Counted from the first letter of the stretch, positions 1-7,169 are shown. The stretch: DNA of 17,460 bases from an uncultured archaeon (GCA_964624865.1 CAZUZU010000051.1:1-17460), one strand, 5' to 3'. Numbers and translations: made by a program. Notes: generated from the letters alone by a model not told the origin.

Positions 1-45
1 CCACTTCCCGTCCCCGCCACCGCCACCGCTGCGGGGTCAAAAGAG

Positions 46-426
46 TTACACGCCTTGCTCGCGAGCCTCCCGGAGGTCCCTCAGGCAAAGTTCAAGGATT
101 GCCTCGTACTCCTCCCTTGGAAAGGCAAGGTTCCGGGGCAGGGAGTAGAACACGCCGATCCTGGAGATCTCGTGCCTGTCGTAGGCTGCCCTGGCGGTGG
201 TAACCTTGGCGGAGTAGACAACGTTCTCGTCGATACGGTGGTCTTCCAACAAAGCCACGTTGTAGCCGGTCTCCTCCCCGGTTTCCCTCAAGGCCGCGGC
301 CTCGGGTTTTTCACCGTCTTCCACCCCGCCCCCCGGGAACTCCCAGCCCTCCCTCTTTCTGCTCCGGACCATGACGAATCCCGCCCTCCCTTCATGAATT
401 ACAAACGGTACCACGTAGACGAACAT
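46..426 (-). CDS. NUDIX hydrolase (126 aa)
   Basis: ORF track 46..426(-). The translated protein carries a recognisable NUDIX box, G-x5-E-x7-R-E-x2-E-E-x-G, in '...GGVEDGEKPEAAALRETGEETGY'. The start codon is the reverse complement of cat at 424-426. Confidence 0.75.
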   Translation of the reverse strand: MFVYVVPFVIHEGRAGFVMVRSRKREGWEFPGGGVEDGEKPEAAALRETGEETGYNVALLEDHRIDENVVYSAKVTTARAAYDRHEISRIGVFYSLPRNLAFPREEYEAILELCLRDLREAREQGV

Positions 427-475
427 GGGGGATGTTATGGCCGGGTGGCTAATAAAATGTTCATAGTCGGTGCCA

Positions 476-490
476 AAATTAATATATACT
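476..490 (+). promoter_or_regulatory. TATA-like box (aattaatatatac) in the divergent promoter region between the NUDIX and ATPase genes
   Basis: AT-rich 'aaaattaatatatac' lies about 30-40 nt upstream of the ATG at 520. Just downstream is a 5-1-5 palindrome, ggtat-t-atacc. The 93-nt intergenic spacer is shared with the minus-strand NUDIX gene. Confidence 0.4.
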
Positions 491-519
491 TGTTGGGTAT
501 TATACCTACTAGGTATACT

Positions 520-1899
520 ATGCGCTTCTATAACCGGGAACGGGAGATCGCATTGCTCCGTAACCTTAAGAAATACCGGGTGGCAATAATGGGTCGCAGG
601 CGTGTTGGCAAGACTCGACTGGTGGAGGAGTTCTTTTCCTCCGATCTGCTGACCCTCTTTGTATCCGCTGAAAAATCCGAAAAAGAATTGATATCGACAT
701 GGTGCAATACTTATCCCGGGGAGGACTTGCCACAGGTCGCCACCTTAAGGGAATTCTTCAGGTTCCTTTTCGAGTACAAACAGGATAAGATAATATTCAT
801 TGATGAAGCCCAGAACATAATAAAGGTAAATAAATCGTTTCTTTCCGACCTTCAGCGCTTCATTGATTCTAATCCCGACGTAAATATCATTATCACAGGC
901 TCTCTCATAAGCACGATGAAGGATGTCGTAACAGCTATGAAGAGCCCCTTGTTCGGAAGATTCGATCTGACAATAAAACTTGAGGAATTGGATTTTAAGA
1001 CCGTGGCGGAAATATGTCAGGATTTAGGATTGGATTTCGAAACAACCATACAATTGTATTCGATTTTCGGCGGCATACCAAAATATTATGAACTTCTGGA
1101 ACGCCTGAAGGTGTTTGATTTAAGCGATTTCATACGGGATATGTTCGTATATTCCCCCAGACCCCTCTACGGAGAGGTGAGAACAATGCTCAGAGAGGAG
1201 TTTGGCAACGAACATCGTACACTTTTTTCGATCCTTTCTGCTGTGGCACAGGGCAGGAACCGAATGAGTGAAATCGCCGGTTTCCTGGGCCGCAAAACAA
1301 CGGATATTACGAAATATATCCAAATGTTGAGGGAGGACTTCGAGATTCTAAGGCGTGTAACACCCGCCCTGTACGGCAAACGGGGGATATACGAGATAAA
1401 TACGAATATCGTTGATTTTTGGTTTGCCAACATATGGAAGTATCAACAATACCTGGAGGTGGGAAACGAGGAAAAGCTGTCGGATATAATAGAAAAGAAC
1501 ATCAATAAGTATATTGGTAGGAAATACGAAGAGATAATCATTGAACTATGCAGATCAGTTAATTTTGGTTTCGATTTAAAAATGATTGGTAGGCAATGGG
1601 GTACGATGAAGGGGAAGCCAAAGGGCGAGAATCAGTACGAGATCGACCTTGTTATGTCTGGCCAATCCAATATGATATTCGGGGAGTGTAAATGGTCGAA
1701 TCGCGTGGATGCAAGGAAAATAGCCAAGATGTTGGATGAAAAAGTCCAATACATCGACACTCATGGGAATAATATCCAGTATGCGATTTTTGTCAAGGAT
1801 TTCAGTAGAAGGATCACTACTTACAAGGGAAACAAGGTAGATTGTTTTGACCTTGAGGATATCAAGAATCTAATATTTGATTATAGTAAAAAACCTTAA
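520..1899 (+). CDS. AAA+ ATPase of the archaeal ATPase family (Arch_ATPase-like) with a C-terminal DUF234-like PD-(D/E)xK domain; 459 aa from the internal ATG
   Basis: ORF 55..1899(+) in the track. Its first 155 codons are antisense to the NUDIX gene and are probably not translated. The in-frame ATG at 520 is residue M156, at 55+465, and gives 'MRFYNREREIALL...'. Walker A is 'GRRRVGKT' and Walker B is 'IIFIDEAQ'. The C-terminal 'YEIDLVMSG...GECKW' resembles a PD-(D/E)xK motif. An AT-rich TATA-like box lies about 30-40 nt upstream. Confidence 0.8.
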   Translation: MRFYNREREIALLRNLKKYRVAIMGRRRVGKTRLVEEFFSSDLLTLFVSAEKSEKELISTWCNTYPGEDLPQVATLREFFRFLFEYKQDKIIFIDEAQNIIKVNKSFLSDLQRFIDSNPDVNIIITGSLISTMKDVVTAMKSPLFGRFDLTIKLEELDFKTVAEICQDLGLDFETTIQLYSIFGGIPKYYELLERLKVFDLSDFIRDMFVYSPRPLYGEVRTMLREEFGNEHRTLFSILSAVAQGRNRMSEIAGFLGRKTTDITKYIQMLREDFEILRRVTPALYGKRGIYEINTNIVDFWFANIWKYQQYLEVGNEEKLSDIIEKNINKYIGRKYEEIIIELCRSVNFGFDLKMIGRQWGTMKGKPKGENQYEIDLVMSGQSNMIFGECKWSNRVDARKIAKMLDEKVQYIDTHGNNIQYAIFVKDFSRRITTYKGNKVDCFDLEDIKNLIFDYSKKP

Positions 1900-1911
1900 G
1901 GTTCCAGCTTA

Positions 1912-1960
1912 TTGATAATCGGTTTTTCACATATAGTGCGGAACCGTTAAAGATTATCAA
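1912..1960 (+). terminator. Inverted repeat / stem-loop (ttgataatcgg ... ccg-ttaaa-gattatcaa) followed by a T-rich tract, immediately after the ATPase stop
   Basis: A 9-bp perfect inverted repeat, ttgataatc at 1912-1920 and gattatcaa at 1952-1960, plus flanking gg/cc pairing. It sits 13 nt after the stop at 1897-1899 and is followed by 'ttttcc'. It could equally be a TF operator for the downstream operon. Confidence 0.3.
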
Positions 1961-2030
1961 TTTTCCACTATATATATATCGAATTAGAATGAAAAAGTTA
2001 TTTCCATAATCGCATTATACATATAAGAAC

Positions 2031-2045
2031 CTTTAAATATTTCAT
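2031..2045 (+). promoter_or_regulatory. TATA-like box (tttaaatatt) upstream of the three-gene operon
   Basis: An AT-rich box about 30-40 nt upstream of the first candidate start codons at 2074-2086. Other AT-rich candidates are 'ccactatatatatatcg' near 1966-1982 and 'cattatacatataag' near 2013-2027. Confidence 0.3.
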
Positions 2046-2079
2046 AGGTCTTTTACGCACATTAGGGAAAAAGGTGTTG

Positions 2080-2427
2080 ATGATAATGGAAGAGGACGAG
2101 TTAAGGTTCTACGGGATATGGGGAACCTTTCTGATGATACTGGGGGTCACTTTCGGTCTATGGGACGTGACAGGTAACGGGATAGTTGCCTTTTGTTTCT
2201 TCTTTATTGTATACGGGACGATCCTGGCCTTAATGGCGATGATGAGGCCCAGGGCGCCGATGATGTACGGCCTGGGCGCCGGGCTGGCGGTGTTCGGGTT
2301 CGTTGCCTTCTTCCTCCTTGGCCAATACATATCCGTGATGCTCACCGTTGCTGTGATATTCACCTTCGTGGGCCTGGGGGTAATAGGCTTCGGGCTGAAG
2401 ATAGGACAGCGGGAGGGAAAACAATGA
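2080..2427 (+). CDS. Small integral membrane protein, about 4 predicted TM helices (about 115 aa)
   Basis: ORF track 2074..2427(+) starts at a GTG. The first ATG is at 2080, and the ATG at 2086 is also possible, with 'aggtg' upstream. The protein is strongly hydrophobic with four 18-23 residue apolar stretches, for example 'IWGTFLMILGVTFGLW' and 'ISVMLTVAVIFTFVGLGVIGFGL'. Its stop TGA overlaps the next ATG as ATGA at 2424-2427. Confidence 0.6.
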   Translation: MIMEEDELRFYGIWGTFLMILGVTFGLWDVTGNGIVAFCFFFIVYGTILALMAMMRPRAPMMYGLGAGLAVFGFVAFFLLGQYISVMLTVAVIFTFVGLGVIGFGLKIGQREGKQ

Positions 2428-2960
2428 CCGACCTTAGGGAAAAGGTAAAGGAAGATCGAGGACTGTTAAAAAAAATAGAGATGGCGATACCCGGCTTTCG
2501 CGGCTATAGAAAGCGGGAGGACCTGAGGATCGCTGACAGTTTACTGAGAAAACAGCTTGCCGACCGCCTGAAGAACATCGGAAAGAAGGTGGAGCGTCTG
2601 AGGGAGGAGGCGGCAAGGAAGGCGGACATGGACCTGCTCAATATAGCGGGCCCCTTGATCAACAAGGCCGATGCCCTGGAGGCCAAGGTGAGGCACGCGC
2701 CGCAGGGCTACACGGGAATATCGCCGGATTACCGCCTGGAGGAGGAAGAGCTCAACGCCCTCTACGGCTTCGACTGGGACCTTATTACCGGGGTGAAACA
2801 CCTGGAGGAAATGGCGGAGAAGGCGGTGAAGGCCGCCGCTGCCGGGGACCCCCCCGAAATAAGATCGGCGGTATCGGACATCAGGCAGGGAATGGAGTCA
2901 TTTTCGGAATTGTTCGACAAGAGGATAGAGAAGATAGCCGGAATGGAGGCGTTCGAATGA
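2424..2960 (+). CDS. Soluble alpha-helical / coiled-coil protein (178 aa), function unknown; a PspA/ESCRT-III-like role is speculative
   Basis: The ATG at 2424 is in frame with ORF 2193..2960, as M78 at 2193+231. It is preceded by 'gggaggg' at 2411-2417 as an SD. The protein is rich in K/R/E heptad-like helices, for example 'LRKQLADRLKNIGKKVERLREEAARKAD'. Its stop overlaps the downstream start as ATGA at 2957-2960. The upstream part of ORF 2193.. overlaps the membrane-protein gene and is rejected. Confidence 0.6.
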   Translation: MTDLREKVKEDRGLLKKIEMAIPGFRGYRKREDLRIADSLLRKQLADRLKNIGKKVERLREEAARKADMDLLNIAGPLINKADALEAKVRHAPQGYTGISPDYRLEEEELNALYGFDWDLITGVKHLEEMAEKAVKAAAAGDPPEIRSAVSDIRQGMESFSELFDKRIEKIAGMEAFE

Positions 2961-4120
2961 AGATATTCGGCAAGAGCGGCAAGGCGACCGACCAGGACCT
3001 GGGAGATGCCAGGAAGACATTTGACTGGCCCGACGGGCAAAAGGCGGACAACCTGCTCTGGCGGCTTCCCAGGAACGTGCAGTGGAACGACAATGTCGTT
3101 GTAAAGGAGGACGAGTTCGCCGTGTTCTTCAGGGACGGCAAGGCACTCCATGTGTTCGATAGGCCGGGCAGGTTCGTTCTGACCACGGAGAACGTTCCCG
3201 TGCTCGGGACCCTGGGTGCCAAGCTCACCGGGGTCAGGCAGCTGGGCGAGATATACTACCTGCAAAGACGGGAATTGAGGGGCAAGTTCGGCACCAAGGA
3301 GCCCCTGTCCTTTCGGGACCCTGATTTCGGCGTTGTGAGAATAAGGGTCTTCGGTCAGTTCGCTTACAAGGTGGACGATCCCATGATGTTGATAACCCAG
3401 TTCATAGGCTCCAAGGGCTACGGCGGCTCGGACGAGGTGATCTCCTGGGTCAAGGACCAGATAGTCATGATACTGAACGATGTGATGGGCGAGCTGAAGA
3501 GGGACCAGAACATGGGCGTGCTTGACATGCCTGCCTATCTGCAGGAGCTGGAGCAGATGTGTCTCTCCCGTTTAACCTCGGAAACCGAGAGGTACGGTCT
3601 CGTGGTAACCAAGTTCTCCGGGCTAAACATCAACCTGCCGGACGAGGTGCAGGCCGCGATAGACAAGAGAGGCGCCATGTCGGCCCTTGGCGTGGATTAC
3701 ATGCAGTACCAGACCGGCAAGGCGGTGGAAGGAATTGGGGAGGGCGCGGCCAAGGGCGGGGACGCATCGGGATTTGCGGGAATGGGCGCGGGAATGGGCG
3801 CGGGTTACGCCATGGGTCAGAGCATGAACCAGGGCATGCAGCCAACCCAGAGCAGCAAGCAGCCAATAGGTTCCAAGGCCAAATGCCCCAAATGCGGGCA
3901 GCCCTACGATCACTCGGACAAGTTCTGCCCAAACTGCGGCGCTCTCCTTGACAAGGGCGGGGAAGACAAGATAAAATGTCCCAACTGCGGCCATCTCGTT
4001 GAGAAGGGGGTCAAGTTCTGCCCCAACTGCGGCGCTTCCATGACCCTAAAGTGTCCTGAATGTGACGCCGAACTTCAACCCGGCACCAAGTTCTGCCCCA
4101 ACTGCGGAAACAAGTTCTAA
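2957..4120 (+). CDS. SPFH/band-7-like protein of the COG4260 type ('putative virion core protein' family) with a Gly/Met-rich linker and three C-terminal zinc ribbons (387 aa)
   Basis: ORF track. The N-terminal about 230 aa resemble COG4260 SPFH-like proteins such as B. subtilis YdjI, though that comparison is from memory. A low-complexity linker 'GFAGMGAGMGAGYAMGQSMNQGMQ' follows. The C-terminal zinc ribbons read 'KCPKCG-x9-KFCPNCG', 'KCPNCG-x9-KFCPNCG' and 'KCPECD-x9-KFCPNCG', giving 12 Cys in all. Confidence 0.75.
   Translation: MKIFGKSGKATDQDLGDARKTFDWPDGQKADNLLWRLPRNVQWNDNVVVKEDEFAVFFRDGKALHVFDRPGRFVLTTENVPVLGTLGAKLTGVRQLGEIYYLQRRELRGKFGTKEPLSFRDPDFGVVRIRVFGQFAYKVDDPMMLITQFIGSKGYGGSDEVISWVKDQIVMILNDVMGELKRDQNMGVLDMPAYLQELEQMCLSRLTSETERYGLVVTKFSGLNINLPDEVQAAIDKRGAMSALGVDYMQYQTGKAVEGIGEGAAKGGDASGFAGMGAGMGAGYAMGQSMNQGMQPTQSSKQPIGSKAKCPKCGQPYDHSDKFCPNCGALLDKGGEDKIKCPNCGHLVEKGVKFCPNCGASMTLKCPECDAELQPGTKFCPNCGNKF
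3778..3801 (+). repeat. Tandem 12-nt repeat (gggaatgggcgc x2) encoding GMGAGMGA in the linker
   Basis: A direct tandem duplication seen in the sequence at 3778-3789 and 3790-3801. Confidence 0.8.
3920..4107 (+). repeat. Three copies of a 20-mer (aagttctgcccCaactgcgg) at about 3920-3939, 4013-4032 and 4088-4107, encoding the KFCPNCG half of each zinc ribbon
   Basis: Copies 2 and 3 are identical, and copy 1 differs by one nucleotide. The spacings of 93 and 75 nt equal the ribbon-module periodicity. This suggests module duplication or concerted evolution. Confidence 0.8.
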
Positions 4121-4152
4121 AGACATCGTGCCTGCCAGGGAAAAGACGACAT

Positions 4153-4174
4153 CGACAAGTGTCGTAATCGACAT
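4153..4174 (+). promoter_or_regulatory. Palindrome cgaca-ag-tgtcg with flanking direct repeats of 'atcgaca', just upstream of the regulator gene's TATA box
   Basis: A 5-2-5 inverted repeat lies at about 4153-4164. 'atcgaca' occurs at about 4151-4157 and 4167-4173. The position is about 15-35 nt upstream of the TATA box at 4178-4191, consistent with an autoregulatory operator, though this is an inference. Confidence 0.3.
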
Positions 4175-4177
4175 TCG

Positions 4178-4191
4178 TTAATTTTATATAC
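4178..4191 (+). promoter_or_regulatory. TATA box (ttaattttatatac) for the regulator/mevalonate operon, probably a leaderless transcript
   Basis: The AT-rich box ends 22 nt before the ATG at 4213. No SD sequence lies in between. This geometry is typical of archaeal leaderless mRNAs. Confidence 0.45.
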
Positions 4192-4212
4192 TTCCTTGAC
4201 CTTCCCGAAATC

Positions 4213-4911
4213 ATGCCGGAAAAGGATGACCTCAATCTCGCCGAAAAGATCGCGGGAGAGATCGTATTTTCCCCTTCCCCGGGAAAGACAATAAGGAAAT
4301 GGAGGGACATCTTCGACGTGAAACAGAGCGAGCTGGCCAAGCATCTGGGCACCAGCGCGTCGGTGATCAGCGATTACGAGGGTGGGAGGAGGAAGAGCCC
4401 GGGAATAGCCACTATCAGGAAAATGGTCGCCGCTCTTCTTGAGATCGACGAGGGCAAAGGTGGGCGCATCATCCGCAAGTACAAGGTCCTGGGCAAGAGC
4501 GAGGCCATTATAGACATCAAGGAATTCTCACGATCGGTGAGCTTGATGGAGTTCGTTGACAAGCTGGACGGCGAGATGATAAACAAAAAGCACATATCCC
4601 TCTCCCACAGGGACATCCACGGCTACACCTTCATGGACAGCGTGAAGGCCATATTGGAGTTCGGCAGCCACGATTACATGAGAGTTTACGGCTGGAGCAC
4701 CGAAAGGGCCTTGTTATTTACAGGCGTTTATTACGGGCGCAGCCCGATGATAGCGGTGCGGGTTCACCCCCTCAAGCCCGCGGCCGTTATCTATCACAAG
4801 CCTGAGAGGGTGGACGACCTTGCCGTTAAGCTGGCCGATATAGAGGCGATACCATTGATCGTGACCCAATTGAAAGAGGAGAAGATAATCGACTACCTGT
4901 CCGAGATATAG
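4213..4911 (+). CDS. XRE-family helix-turn-helix transcriptional regulator with a C-terminal domain of unknown function (232 aa)
   Basis: ORF track. An HTH_XRE-like segment is 'VKQSELAKHLGTSASVISDYEGGRRKSP'. The C-terminal about 150 aa are of unknown function and resemble archaeal COG1395-type regulators only loosely. The gene sits 12 nt upstream of the HMG-CoA synthase gene on the same strand. Confidence 0.65.
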   Translation: MPEKDDLNLAEKIAGEIVFSPSPGKTIRKWRDIFDVKQSELAKHLGTSASVISDYEGGRRKSPGIATIRKMVAALLEIDEGKGGRIIRKYKVLGKSEAIIDIKEFSRSVSLMEFVDKLDGEMINKKHISLSHRDIHGYTFMDSVKAILEFGSHDYMRVYGWSTERALLFTGVYYGRSPMIAVRVHPLKPAAVIYHKPERVDDLAVKLADIEAIPLIVTQLKEEKIIDYLSEI

Positions 4912-4923
4912 GAGGAATGTAAA

Positions 4924-5991
4924 ATGAGCGTAGGAATAGTAGGGTACGGGGCTTACGTCCCGAGATACAGGATAAAGACCGAAGAGATAGCCCGGGTATG
5001 GGGAATAGACGGGGTTGCCTTGGCAAAAAGGCTCAATCTATATTCGAAGAGTGTGCCGGCCCCGGACGAGGACGTCGCCACCATAGCTACCACGGCGGCC
5101 CGCTACTCGGTGAAGAGAGCGAAGATAGATCCCCAAAAGATCGGGGCCCTTTACGTGGGGTCGGAAAGTCATCCATATGCGGTAAAACCCACGGCAACCA
5201 TAGTTGCGGAGGCCATCAACGCCACGCCCGAGCTGACTGCGGCGGATTTCGAGTTCGCCTGCAAGGCGGGAACGGCCGCAATGCAGTCATGCATGGGGCT
5301 GGTGAATTCCGGGCATACCGACTACGCAATGGCAATTGGGGCCGACACAAGTCAAGGGGCTCCCGGAGATCCGCTGGAGTACAGCGCCTCGGCCGGAGGG
5401 GCGGCGATGTTGATAGGAAAGGAGAAGATACTGGCGGAGATAAATGAGACCGTATCTTACACCACCGACACCCCGGATTTCTGGAGAAGGGAAGGACAAA
5501 AGTATCCCCGGCACGCAGAGCGGTTCACCGGTGCACCTGCTTACTTCAAGCACATAACTTCCAGTGCTAAGATGCTGATGGAGAAGATTGATACCAAGCC
5601 GGAGGATTACGACTTCGTAATCTTACACCAACCCAACGGCAAGTTCCCCTTGGCCGTGGCAAAGATGCTGGGCGTCAGGAAGGAGAAGGTTTTACCAGGC
5701 CTGCTTACCCCGAGGATAGGCAATACCTACAGCGGTGCTTCACTCTTGGGGCTGGCAGCGGTTCTCGACGGCGCGGAGCCCGGGGACAGGATCATGATGA
5801 TATCATACGGTTCCGGGGCCGGCAGTGACGCCTTTGACATAACCGTAACCGAAAGGATCGTCAAGGCAAGGGCGGTTCTGGGCGTTCCCCATGTCGAGGA
5901 CATGATCGCCAAGGAAGAATATATTGACTATGCAACCTACGCAAAGTTCAGGGAGAAGATAGTGTTCCAGGAGGATACCTATTTGGGATGA
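4924..5991 (+). CDS. Hydroxymethylglutaryl-CoA synthase, archaeal type (355 aa)
   Basis: '[17 protein letters not shown]...' is a typical archaeal HMGCS N-terminus. A conserved Glu is in 'GSESHPY', the catalytic Cys in '[12 protein letters not shown]', and 'SYGSGAG' is also present. GGAGG lies 9 nt upstream of the ATG. Confidence 0.9.
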   Translation: MSVGIVGYGAYVPRYRIKTEEIARVWGIDGVALAKRLNLYSKSVPAPDEDVATIATTAARYSVKRAKIDPQKIGALYVGSESHPYAVKPTATIVAEAINATPELTAADFEFACKAGTAAMQSCMGLVNSGHTDYAMAIGADTSQGAPGDPLEYSASAGGAAMLIGKEKILAEINETVSYTTDTPDFWRREGQKYPRHAERFTGAPAYFKHITSSAKMLMEKIDTKPEDYDFVILHQPNGKFPLAVAKMLGVRKEKVLPGLLTPRIGNTYSGASLLGLAAVLDGAEPGDRIMMISYGSGAGSDAFDITVTERIVKARAVLGVPHVEDMIAKEEYIDYATYAKFREKIVFQEDTYLG

Positions 5992-6002
5992 GGTGATCAA
6001 AA

Positions 6003-7169
6003 ATGAGAGATGTAGCAATAATTGGTGTGGGCATATCAAAGTTCGGCGAGCAGTGGGAAAAGTCACTAAGGGAAATAGGAATAGAGGCGGGCGTCATGGC
6101 GATAAACGACGCCGGTATCACTGGCAACGACGTTGAGGCATTATACATAGGCATATCCTCGTCAGCGAATTTCGCGTCGCAGGAGCATATAGCTCCCCTT
6201 ATTGCCGACCAGGTGGGGCTGGCGAAATGGAACGTTCCGAGCACGAGGATAGAGGCGGCTGACGCATCGGGCGGGGTTGCGTTACGACAGGGCTTCTTAT
6301 CCGTGGCCTCGGGCATGAACGATGTCGTGGTGGTGGGAGGGGCGGAGAAGATGTCAGACCTTACCTCCACCGAGATGACGGATGTCATGGCCTCCACCGC
6401 AGACCAGGAATGGGAGGCGTTCTTCGGCGCAACCCTTCCCTCGCTGTATGCTATGATGGCAAGACGTCACATGCACGACTACGGAACCACGAGGGAACAG
6501 ATCGCCCACGTTGCGGTAAAGAACCATAGGAACGGCGCACTGAACCCCATGGCACAGTACCGGAAGGAGGTTAACTTGGACATGGTAATGGGATCCGATA
6601 TGGTGGCCGATCCCCTAACTATGTTCGACTGCGCACCGATAAGCGACGGCGCCGCGGCCGTGGTGTTGGCCTCCGTGGACAAGGCCAAGAAGTTCACCGA
6701 CCATTTCATAAAGATTTCCGGCTCGGGCCAGGGGTCTGACAGGCTTTCCCTGCAGGAAAGGAAATCCATCACAACTATGGAATCCACCCGGAAGGCCGCC
6801 AGAGACGCCTTCGAGATGGCCGGAAAGAAGCCCGATAATATTGATGTTGCCGAGGTCCACGATTCATATACTATCGGTGAGATCATGGCCATCGAGGATA
6901 TAGGGTTCTTTGAGAAGGGAAAGGGGGGTATGGCGATTGAGCACGAGCTTACAGGATTGCACGGTAAGATCCCGGTGAACCCGTCCGGCGGCCTGAAGGC
7001 AAGGGGCCATCCCCTGGGCGCCACCGGAATAGCACAGGTGGTCGAGCTCACCCTTCAGTTGAGAGGTGCGGCGGATAGGAGACAGGTCAAGGGTGCCGAG
7101 GTAGGCCTGGCCCAGAACATAGGCGGGACCGGGGCCACTGCGGTTGTTCACATATTGGAGGTGATATGA
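6003..7169 (+). CDS. Acetyl-CoA C-acetyltransferase (SCP2-type thiolase) homolog, with Asp at the expected nucleophile position (388 aa)
   Basis: Thiolase-fold motifs are present: '...AADASGGVALRQGFLSVASGMNDVVVVGGAEKMS', 'MFDCAPISDGAAAVVL' as the HDCF-like loop, and 'RGHPLGATG'. The C-terminal CxG cysteine is Asn, which is typical of SCP2-type thiolases. The position normally occupied by the nucleophilic Cys, in C-A-S-G, is Asp87, codon gac at 6261-6263. The whole protein has a single Cys. GAGGTGA lies upstream of the ATG. Confidence 0.85.
   Translation: MRDVAIIGVGISKFGEQWEKSLREIGIEAGVMAINDAGITGNDVEALYIGISSSANFASQEHIAPLIADQVGLAKWNVPSTRIEAADASGGVALRQGFLSVASGMNDVVVVGGAEKMSDLTSTEMTDVMASTADQEWEAFFGATLPSLYAMMARRHMHDYGTTREQIAHVAVKNHRNGALNPMAQYRKEVNLDMVMGSDMVADPLTMFDCAPISDGAAAVVLASVDKAKKFTDHFIKISGSGQGSDRLSLQERKSITTMESTRKAARDAFEMAGKKPDNIDVAEVHDSYTIGEIMAIEDIGFFEKGKGGMAIEHELTGLHGKIPVNPSGGLKARGHPLGATGIAQVVELTLQLRGAADRRQVKGAEVGLAQNIGGTGATAVVHILEVI

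Noticed and set aside
55-519. N-terminal 155 codons of track ORF 55..1899(+)
   Set aside because: This segment lies entirely antisense to the well-supported NUDIX gene, is Gly/Pro/Val-rich, and has no family resemblance. The ATPase domain begins at the internal ATG at 520, right after an AT-rich promoter.
2193-2423. Upstream part of track ORF 2193..2960(+), plus the minus-strand ORFs 2109..2363 and 2230..2424
   Set aside because: These overlap the hydrophobic membrane-protein gene in other frames. They have Arg/Gly/His-rich low-complexity translations typical of off-frame reading of GC-rich DNA. The real start of the coiled-coil protein is the SD-preceded ATG at 2424.
2434-4120. Antisense and alternative-frame ORFs 2434..2616, 2504..2686, 2541..2801, 2762..3265, 2881..3228, 3559..3951, 3623..3994 and 3630..3932
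   Set aside because: These are shadow ORFs inside well-supported plus-strand genes. Their translations are Arg/Pro/Ser/Gly-rich with no motifs.
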